Source of the DNA: Oopsacas minuta
Taxonomy: Eukaryota > Animalia > Porifera
NCBI GenBank assembly: GCA_024704765.1
Contig: JAKMXF010000122.1
Location: 329,356 to 393,355, forward strand
Reading direction: 5' to 3'
Length of the DNA: 64,000 nt
Below, in pieces: positions 39,449 through 49,359 of the stretch (position 1 is the stretch's first letter; each line of letters starts with the position of its first letter). The position numbers and the translations under genes are program-made. The notes under the pieces were generated by a model that did not search any database, had not been told where the DNA came from, and saw only the letters and a program-made list of their open reading frames with translations.

Positions 39449-42400
39449 CACAGAGGCACGAAATGGCTAAAACCTGGAAGTAGGTATTAGGGTACTAGAT
39501 AACGTATTAAACTATATTATTGACATATGGGGAATCGTACCCAAGGAATCGATTGACATAACTAGATTTTTTCTAAGTCTTTGGGTGTGAATGTAATGAC
39601 GTCATTGTCACATTCAAAAATATTTTGATTTTTTTATCGATTTCAATCTAGCCGATTTGTGAGCTATAGGTTCAGAAATTGAATGTTTTATGTTTTGAAA
39701 TTATTAGCACTATTTAATGTACATTGAACTACAAACTACAACGTATTTATAATTAGAGAATTCACCAAAATATCTTGACAGCTCTTTAACTCAGATAGAT
39801 CTGGCTCCGAATCGTTTTTGGTAATATTACGAGATGATGCTAATATTGGATCACTTTGACAGATAAGCCTGACGAACACATCTTTAACGTTGTCCTCAAA
39901 GCTAAATTTTCTTGAGAGTCTCTCACAGTATCGCCTGTCCAATTTATTGCAAGATTCAAGGCCTTCTTCAGACAATTCTATGCAAACCCACCATTATGAT
40001 CTGCAATTATTTGTGGTGCATTGGCTGGAAGTTTATGTAAAGTAGGGATTACATGTGCCTATGAAAAATTAGTTAAAATGGATTCGTAAGTATCTCGGTA
40101 TACATTATCAAGGCCTTCAGTATCCACTTTCCTGTTGCTATTATACAATCTCAGGATAGCACTCAAATTATTAAAGATTGTAGTGACAACTTGATGTGTC
40201 TCATGAGGAACAACCATCAATACCCAATAGAGAAAATCTTGCAAAGTATCATCGCTACGTGTGAAGCATCTCCGAACAACATTTCCGGTTGTGGTAGTTC
40301 CTTCTTGGATTGATGGTGTATCAATGGATATACTAAGTTTTTCTTCAATAAGGCTAGTAATAAATTTCTTGGCCCCAAGAATTATTGGCGAAGTTGGTGA
40401 CCATTTTTGAATAGCACCACACTGTAGATGGCAAATCAATAATAGGAACCAACTAAATGTTCCCAAATATGCATGTAGAGGAGAAGCTGATATGATATCT
40501 TTTTCTGAAATTGGTTTGTGTAGTAAATTGGATCTTTGATTTGTTGGCAAAGATAAAATTTCTTCCTCATCAACCTCATCAAATACATCACGTGCATCAC
40601 GGATAGTTCTATTCATGGGAAAGCCATTGTTAACTATGCTAATATCGTGTATCAGTTGGAACGTAGCAGTACACATTTGACAATTAGCACCACCAGCACC
40701 GCTTAAGATTTTTGCCATCTTTGTATCGAAATGAGCTCTTATGATCTTGACCTCTCCATTGCCATTGTGTAAACTCAAACCACTCTCTTCAATAGAAGTT
40801 TCGTTATTTATTAATGAGTCCATCGAAAACTTGACACTCTCTTCATTTTCTGGAAGGGCTAAGAGGGCAACTGGTCGAGTGCAAATGGCGAATTTGGATG
40901 ATGAGGTTTCCATAGGATATGATCATTTGCATTTATGATTGCGTTAACCTTGAAACCAAATAAAATGAAGGTTTTAGTCGAGAGGTCAGGGTTAGATATA
41001 ACTTGCTGGTAAACTCGATGACACCCAGAGCCATCTAAGCCATCGGATACTCGAACTTTCAGCGGATAGACAAGGGTATCAGGACTTAAGTTAGATACAA
41101 TTCGTTCAACTGTATGGGTGAGTAGTCTGTTGTAAGAAATACCTACTTCACATGGAAATTCTCTATGAATTATATGCACCTCATCCAGCAAATGAATTTG
41201 AGCCCGATGTTTAGCTACACTATTGTAGCCTGGTAACTTGAGATCTTCAGATAGTAACGTACGCCGAAGTTCTAAATACTTAGTTTTACCGATCTCAAGC
41301 GAATTGAAAAGAAAGGCAGATTTATCAAGTGTTAATTATGGATCGATAGGAAATACGTTTCCCTTCTTGAGTATCTCTTTACAAACATTGGCGCTATTCA
41401 TGTCCTGCTCCTCATTGCAACAAAGTAGTAAGAGATAAGTTGCAAGAGTCTTTGGGGATACATGCTCGTTTTCAGCGACTGATTCGAGGTGAGACTTAAG
41501 AGAAGAGAGCCGATTTCTCAATCCTTTGGTCGTTAAGTCAGCGAGTGATTTCTTTTTTGAAAAATTAAAGTCTTCTTCAAAGTTAATGGTTAATGAAGAA
41601 GAGGCACTTAACCTAGGCTTCTTTGGCAGAGGGCAGAAGCACATGGAATTCCAAGTATCAAGGTCCGAAAATTTATGAAAAGAGCTCTCTCTTTTTGAAT
41701 ATCATTGAACTTCAGACGAAAGAAATTTTGCTGATCTCGATCAAAACCATGAGTTGAAATAAATTGGTCTGTGATTAAACGGGCGCTAAGTAATTTATGC
41801 TCACAATAAAACTGAAAAGCTTGAAGGGTGTTCATTTTCTAGATAATTAATATATTATTTATTAACAATATTGTAAATTCAGGGCAAAAAGTAAGATTAT
41901 ATATATATATGCATGTTTGTTTTATAAGCTTATAAAATAAATTCTGAAATCTAAGAATTAAGGAACTTTTGAAGAAACTTTTTCACACAGTAGAAGAGTG
42001 TTGATTTTTTAATGGAATCTTTGTAAAAATACGTGATGGGAACATTTATTTATATTAATTACAAGCTGAATTTTGTAAACACAAACATAAAATGTAAATA
42101 ACTTTCCGTTTTGATTATATCGCTAAGCAACCATAATATTTATATAAATTGTGAAAAGAGAATTTTAAAAAATATTAGATAAATTAAAAGGTTCATGCGA
42201 TTGAAACTAAATATGCGCGAATTTTCGCGAACCTGGAAATTGTTGTATTTTATAGAGAATTAAAAATGCTATATTATAAAACTAAGGAGACAACTTGACA
42301 GAACGCGACAGACGAAGTTATGAGACTTCGAAGTTGAGTGACGACAGAAACATCTAACAGAAAAATTTATCAAAATATTTGAGCTATTAAGGATTTATTA

Positions 42401-42717
42401 TTTGAACTCCGCTTATATAATCACTATGATAAGAGAGTAGTCAAAATGCAATGGAATGAAGTCTTTGGAATGTATTTGTTGCTTAGATACTAGAATTTAC
42501 TTCATTGATATAAATGAATATCTGTGGTTTTCAAGAATAATTTCTGAGCAAGAAATTGTAATGCTTATTTACATTCCAGTTGTTCCTAAACTAAATGATG
42601 GATCATAACAATTTTAGATATTTCAAGTAATTGGACATTTCTCTTTCCAATGAACTTTAAATGGTAACTAATAATCGGATTGAAATTTTGACCAATTTCC
42701 AGGGGTGTGCCACTGTG
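39449..42717 (-). mobile_element. Full-length Transib/RAG1-like transposon (element 2, 3269 bp)
   Basis: 5' end CACAGTGGCACA (42717) and 3' end CACAGAGGCACG (39449). 5-bp TSD GTGTT at 39444-48 and 42718-22. Confidence 0.92.
39736..41835 (-). pseudogene. RAG1-like/Transib DDE transposase, fragmented
   Basis: VSDGLDGSG, PNSPFA/RPVALL, HFDTKM, SGAGGANCQMC, SPLHAY, TTTGNVVRR, PTLHKL, SEEGLESCNK, SDPIL. It has several frameshifts and stops and no C-terminal Cys/His tail. Confidence 0.9.
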
Positions 42718-44276
42718 GTGTTTCTTTTGAAGGAATATGGACGCTACCTTCTTTGTCAACATATTGGAATGGCATTGATTGAGCAAGCTGAGGTTTTTCA
42801 TGGTCAGAAGTGGTTTCTCATTCAGGATAATGACCCAAAACATACCTCAAGGATCGCCAAAGCTTGAATGGAGAAAAATATGAAGAAAAACCAAAGAAAA
42901 TGGCCAAGTCAAAGTCCTGATCTCAACCTAATTGAGAAAATATTCGGTTGGATGAAGCAAAAGGTATATAAGGACAACTTTACTAGCTTGGTCCATTGGA
43001 AAAGAGGATCCAAGAAATATATGGGATTTTATCACTCCCGAATTTTTAGCACCATACTACAAGTCTATGAGTCATAGGTGTAGACTAGTGGTAGAACAGA
43101 ATGGTTCAAAAATTAATTACTGATTTATTCGTTAGAGATTATCGATATAATAGTAGAAATATTCAATGAAAATGTGGATTAAAATATTCTCCTTTTTGTT
43201 AGTCTCAATAATTATGGGACAAACTGTAGTATGTTACCATTCTATATTGATCTACAAACACTGCAACTATGTACGAATTGAAGAAAGTGAATGAATTCAC
43301 CTGTTAAAAGTGAAATTCAGTGTAAATGTGTTGAGCAAGTTGAGATATTATGAGTACACAATATCTACGTGGGCCACGCAATGGAGATATGTTCACTTGT
43401 TAGAGTGAGATTGAGTGTGAATATGTGGAGAAAGTTGAGATTGTATGAGTACAATACATCTACGTAGTTTAAACTATTTAAATATTTGTAAGATGGTGGA
43501 AGAGAATCAATACACCTGTCAGAGGTAAAATTCAGAGTAAATTTGTGGAAATAGTTTAGACTTTATGAGTACGCTATATCTTCGTGGGTCAACCAATGGG
43601 AATATATTCAACAGTTAGAGGTGAGAATGTGTGTATGTATGTGGAGAATGTTGAGATAGTGTGTGTATACTAAATGTAGGTCTGCAACCACCGAAAGTAA
43701 GTACATTATGAAGAAAACGAATGAATGCAACTTTTAGAGGTGAGAGGAAGTGTATATGTATGCAGAAAACTTGAGATTGTATACTTGCAGTAGATGTACG
43801 TGGATCAAGCAAAGAATATATGTGTATAATGCTGGAAGAGAATCAATGCCCACGACAGAGGTGAAATCCAATGCAAACACGTGGAGAAAGTTGAGATAGT
43901 ATGATTACACCACATGTACGTGAATCAAGAAATGAAAATATGTGGATAATTATGGAAGAGCATGAATACACCTGTCAGATGTAAAATTCAGTGGATATAT
44001 GTGGAAAAGTTGAAATAGTGTGATAATCCAACATGTTGTTTGTGCCCAACCAATGCAATTATGTACGAAATGAAGAAAGTAAATGAATACAGCTGTAAGA
44101 TGTTAAATTCAGTGTGAATATGTGGAGAAGTTGAGATATTACGAGTACACTATGTCTACGTGGGTTCAACCAATGTAAGCATGTCCAACTGTTATTGGGG
44201 AGATGGAGTGTAAATATGTGGAGAAAGTGGAGAGAGTATGATTACACTAAATGTCGTGGATCAAGCAATGTAAATT

Positions 44277-45583
44277 CAGGGGAACAAATATGTTCAGTCC
44301 AATATCTTTGATGAAGTGTAGTTCCTTTTCCAAGAACCAGATTGAACAGTTATAGTGTAAGATATGTAACAATGTATACTATTATAGTATTCAATGATAA
44401 TCTGTACATTCTGAACAAGCTAAAAGATTCTAGACAAAATGGAGAAGAATAGGCTGTCTATTGGTAATATATATTTGCAAGGGAAAAGCCAAAGCGAGAT
44501 ATTGAAGATTCAAAATTCCCCCAAGTCGCACAGGAAATTGATATATCATACTATTACAAGAAATAAGGATAGTGATAGTACCTCAGACAGGCCGAGTAGT
44601 GGACGTCCAACATCTGCAACCATTACCCAGGAGAGAAAGGTTGTCGGAAATCGTATTCAGCGAAATACGTAACGTTCGATGCGAAAAATGGCGCTAGAAC
44701 TCAAAATATCAAGACAATTGGTCCGAACAATTGCAATGAGCGATATTGCCCTATTTCTTTACAAAAAGAGGAAGGTTCACTATATTTCGATACATATTCA
44801 CGGAAAGAGACTAGCCAGGGGCAAGGCCCTACTCATCGGGTTGGCAAGTTTTGGTCTTGATAAAATTCTTTCTCGGATGGGAAATTATTCACGGTTGAGC
44901 AGGCGTACAATCGACTAAACGATCGAGTATTGCCCTCTTCTCCATCCGCATACCACAAGAGTATCGATGCGTCCAAAGAGTTCAGCATCTTCAGTCACTA
45001 ATGGTCTAGACGGGGGGTGTCCGCAAAAGGCCGTACGCCACTGGTTTTCATCCCATCGGGCATAGAAATAAACGCTTATAAGTATCAGGAGCTCGTTTTA
45101 GCAATTATGAGAGGGCTTGGTAAAACCATGATCAATAATCATCCATTTTTATCCCAGTAAGACACTGCGCCAGCCCACATAGCGAAAGTCAACCAACAGT
45201 GGTTACGAAACAATATCCCAAACTTCATCTCAAAAGATGAATGGCCTCCTTCCAGCCCAGATCGCAATCCAATTGACTTCTCGTTGTGGTAGATATTGGA
45301 GACAAATGCGTGCAATACTTCCCACATGAGTATCAAGTCTCTAAAAACGTCTTCATCCCAGAATGGTAAAAAGTCTCGCATGAAAAGTTTCGTGCCGCTG
45401 TCGAGTCCATCCCTAAGCGGCTAAGAGCTGTCATCAAAAGAAAGGGGGCTATATCGAACAATTGAATATATTATGAATCAAAGTTTCGTTTGATAAGTTA
45501 TAGCATAATTTCAAGTCAATATCTTAGTTCATGGTTTAGTTATTTATAGATTTTCAATGGGACAGAACTCATTTGTCACCCTG
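44277..45583 (+). mobile_element. Tc1/mariner, DD37D (maT-like); decayed
   Basis: TIRs CAGGGGAACAAAT / CAGGGTGACAAAT. DTAPAH..WPPSSPDRNPID with 37 residues between the Asp. Confidence 0.88.
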
Positions 45584-45859
45584 TATGTGTATAATGATAG
45601 ACGAAGATGAATACACCGGTTGGATATGAAATTCAGTCTATGCATGTAGAGAAAGTTGAGATAGTATGATTACACTAGATGTCGGTGGATTATGCAATGT
45701 AAATATCTACATAAAGATGGAAAAGTATCATTACACAGGGTAGAGGTGAGATTATGTATACAAATGTGAAAAAAGTTGATATTGTGTTAACACTACATGT
45801 TGGTCATCAACCACTGCAATTATGCACGAAATCAAGAAAGTGAATTATTACATCTGTTA

Positions 45860-47290
45860 TACCATGTAAAATAAATTACTTGTTTCTCATCCATTTTATT
45901 CTGCGAAATAGGGGGGGGGGGCATTTTATTTGTATTTTTTGCTTAACATAAGATTACTAATTTTTTTAAACTATCTTGTTAATACGATATTTCTGATATG
46001 ACGAACAATATTCATACATAGTCAGGTCCCTACAACCGTACTTCAATGAATATTACTCCGGTTTATGAACTCCGGAAAGAAGAATAAATTGAACCCCACG
46101 TTCCGTTGGTCTTCGTATTAAGCTTACACTGTACATGGGAAAACTAATATTCACTCCCTCTCTATCATCTTGAATTGCTCAGGAACACATAACATCTCTT
46201 GCGCCCCCTTTATCAACAAAGTGAACGAGTCTGTTCTGCTTCTAACTGTTTCTCTATTATCATAAACGTGCTGTGATACTATGAACTCAACATATCGACC
46301 TAGGACACTCACTACTTCGAATAAAGTACACTGGGAGTTCACACGGGGAAGTTCGGTTTTAGTCTTACACACAAATGATACAACTGAAGCGCTTAGATAT
46401 TCTTCAGAGATTGGTGCATCACAATCAAAATTTCCTCCACTAAACTCATTGTAAATATCAGATAGCGTATAGGAATCGTATATCACACAACCATACCACT
46501 GAATATTAATAAAAACCATTCAGGAATTTTACTAATATGTAGCTATAAAATTAGAAAAGTAAAATTGAAAAAACTGGAACTCAAGCAGGGTACGTGAGAT
46601 AACTTTTAATTATACGCAGAAAAAACAATCAGTAAAATAGGCAATGTTTAACCAAATTGATTTAGAATTACCAACGTTTTGTTACGTCATGCTTATTGTG
46701 GTTATACTACAATAATCAATATTATTCAAACGTGGTTAATCTATAATTCTATATAATAATAATGATAAAAATAATGAATAGAAATTTAGTGCACACCCCA
46801 GGGCTGAATTTGCCATACAGGGAGGGGTATTTGTGCCTGACTCAGACAGGTTTGAGTCTTGGACGAAAATTCACACTTGACGAAATTATGATGCCATTAC
46901 CACCTTTTGGATTTTCGAAAAATCACATGATTTGCCACACTGCTCAGCGACCTAGTAAGAGAATGGCGCTAATGTTAACTAATTAGCTGGTTTCGAGGAT
47001 GCTCATCTGCGAATATAAGTATTTAATAGATTTGTATTGGTGCACTGTCCGAAGTTTTGTGCATCAATTTCTAATATCGCCACATAGAAATTGTGAAACT
47101 GAACTATACAAAGTGTTATCAGTCAATTTCAAATGTAATCAAATATTCTCACCAATACTAGACTATTGAAGACAATTCCTTCAATTTCTAATTGCATTAA
47201 TAATGATATGTATTAAATTAAAAATTGCCGAGGAGGGAGATGAAATGGGACGGGTGGGGATGATAAACAAGTATATTAATTTATATGGCC
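45860..47290. mobile_element. Unclassified TIR element with a 3-bp TTA duplication (PIF/Harbinger-like ends)
   Basis: Left TACCATGTAAAATAAATTACTTGTTTCTCATCC vs right reverse complement GGCCATATAAATTAATATACTTGTTTATCATCC. TTA lies on both flanks and the satellite resumes on both sides. No transposase was recognised. Confidence 0.6.
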
Positions 47291-48309
47291 TTAGGTGTAA
47301 AATTTTATGTATTTATGTAGAAAAAATTGAGATTGTATTAGACTACATGTACGAAGATCACAGAATGAGAATATGTGTATAATGATGAAAGAGAATATAT
47401 TTCACAGTTAGAGCTAAGATTATGTGCATAAAGTTCAGAAAGTTGAAATAGTGTGTATACCCAAATTGTGAGTCTGTAACCACAGGAATTTTGTACAAAA
47501 TGAGAACACGAATCAATACACCTGTGATAAGTGCAATTCAGTATACATACGTATATGGAAAACGTTGATATAGGGTGTGTAAACACTACATGTTGGTCTA
47601 CAACAACTGCAATTATGTACGAATAGAGTATAGTGAATTAATACACCTGTTAGGGGTAAAATTCGGTGTAAATATGAGGAGAAAGTTGTGATAGTATGAT
47701 TTCACTACTTGTACGTGGATCAAGCAATATAAATATTTGCATATTGATTGAAGTGAATCTATACACCTTGTTGGAGGTGAAATTCAGTCTATTTATGTTG
47801 AATGTTGAAATTGTGTGTATACACAAAATGTAGTTCTGCAACTACTGGAATTTTGTACAAAATGTAGATATAGAGTGAATTCAGCCGTTGGAGGTGAAAT
47901 TCAAAGTGAATATGGGGTGAAAGTTGGGATATCATGAGTAGACTACATATTCGTAGTTCGACCAATGATTGTTTGATCCAAGTACCTGTGGTAAAATATT
48001 ACTATCTCAACAATGTCCCAAATATACACGAATACTCACCTCTGACAGGTGTATTGAATCCTTTCCAGCATTTTGTAAATATTTACAACAGTTGACCCAC
48101 GGAGATATAGTGTACTCATAATATCACAACTGAATCTACATATATACACTGAATTTCACCTCTAACAGGTGTATTGATTCTATTCCATCATTAAGGACTT
48201 ATTGACATTGGTGGACCCACGTAGATGTAGTGTACTCATTTGTCAATAATTTCAGTGGTTGCAGACCTACATTGTGTACATAAATACTATTTCAACATTC
48301 TGAACACAT

Positions 48310-49343
48310 ATACGCTGAAACATAAGAAAGTGAATAGAATGCAGGTGCATCGAACCATAAAAGGATACAAGGAGTTTAGTTTCATAACAGACAAGGCTAG
48401 TTCAGGCAGATCACCCAGCGATAGATCCATCCGACTCCGGAAGGCAGAAGAAGTCAAGTTGCGCGAAATCCCAGACTCTTTATGCGAAATTGGGCAAGGA
48501 ATTGGACTTTCATCGTAAATCGTTTAGAAACTCGTACATCAGGATTTTGGACAGCAATCAGTCAAAAGAAGGAAGGCACATGATCTGACACCATTAATTC
48601 ATCAAAAGAGACTTGAAAGATGCAAGGGCTCCTCCGGCGGCTCGCAACCCAATATTTTGATAATATTCTTTCTTCCGATGAATGGCTCTTCACTGCAGAG
48701 GCAGCCACAAACCCTAAAATTACATGAATTTATCTACTATCGCTAAAGACATGCCTGAAGAGATTAAATTTGTTGATCGGCTTCAGAAACCTCAATCTCT
48801 TATGGTTTGGGGAGAGGTGACGACCAATTCGAGGAGAAATCTGATTTTTATACCGAAAGGAGCAAAGATATACTCAGAAGCGTACAGGAAGCTAATATTT
48901 GAGGCGGAATTCAAAGATGCAGGTCGTCGGCTATTACAAACCAGGAATGGATATTCCAACAGTCCTGGCTCAGGGGACAAAATATAAAGTTTTTGTCAAA
49001 GGGAAATGGCCACCTTCAAGCCGGGTTATCGTCCGCTGGATTATTCTGTGTGGGGTTATTGAGAGAAGTAGCCCTGTGCTAAACCCTATAAATTTTGGAC
49101 TCCCTACTGAACACATTGAGCAGATAATGAAATAACATGCCACTAGAAGACCTGCAAGCCGCAGTCGAAAAAATTTAGAACACGTATACATTCCATAATT
49201 AAGACTAAGGGTGGCTATTTGAAAATATTTTGTAGAATGATTCGGTACCATAATTAATAATCAAGAGAATTTGAACGATATCTATTGTATGGTTTCGGAG
49301 TTACTCCCAAATTCGAATGTGACAGAACTTTATTGTCATCCTG
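48310..49343 (+). mobile_element. 5'-truncated maT-like Tc1/mariner
   Basis: LQKPQSLMVWG, LIFIPKGAKI and WPP motifs. The right TIR (ACAGAACTTTATTGTCATCCTG) resembles that of 44277-45583. Confidence 0.8.
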
Positions 49344-49359
49344 AATATAGGATTTTTAT

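Larger units (their letters stand above)
38624..43226 (+). mobile_element. Tc1 transposon split by RAG1-like element 2
   Basis: Perfect 30-bp TIRs CAGTTTGTCCCATAATTATTGAGACTAACA, flanked by TA. VFADEASF, IQDNDPKHTS, WPSQSPDLNLIE (about DD35E in this copy). Confidence 0.93.
34650..48310. repeat. Degenerate ~120-bp tandem array interrupted by several transposons
   Basis: GAATCAATACAC recurs about every 119-120 bp (34955, 35074, 35194 ... 35906). Array segments: 34650-35942, 38361-38623, 43227-44276, 45584-45859, 47291-47967, then inverted to ~48310. Confidence 0.88.

Noticed and set aside
26974-42717. RAG2-like partner gene within or beside the RAG1-like elements
   Set aside because: The non-transposase parts of both elements are under 0.9 kb of AT-rich DNA with no suitable ORF. 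No kelch/PHD-like peptide appears in the ORF track.
20321-42717. Functional linkage of the RING, Chapaev-like and RAG1-like modules as a RAG1 assembly site
   Set aside because: They belong to separate, independently bounded insertions. Proximity is expected in a TE-dense region.
34650-48310. Recurring peptides such as YTLNFTSNRCIDSL in many short ORFs as a repeat protein
   Set aside because: They are translations of the satellite. Unit length varies and stops are frequent.
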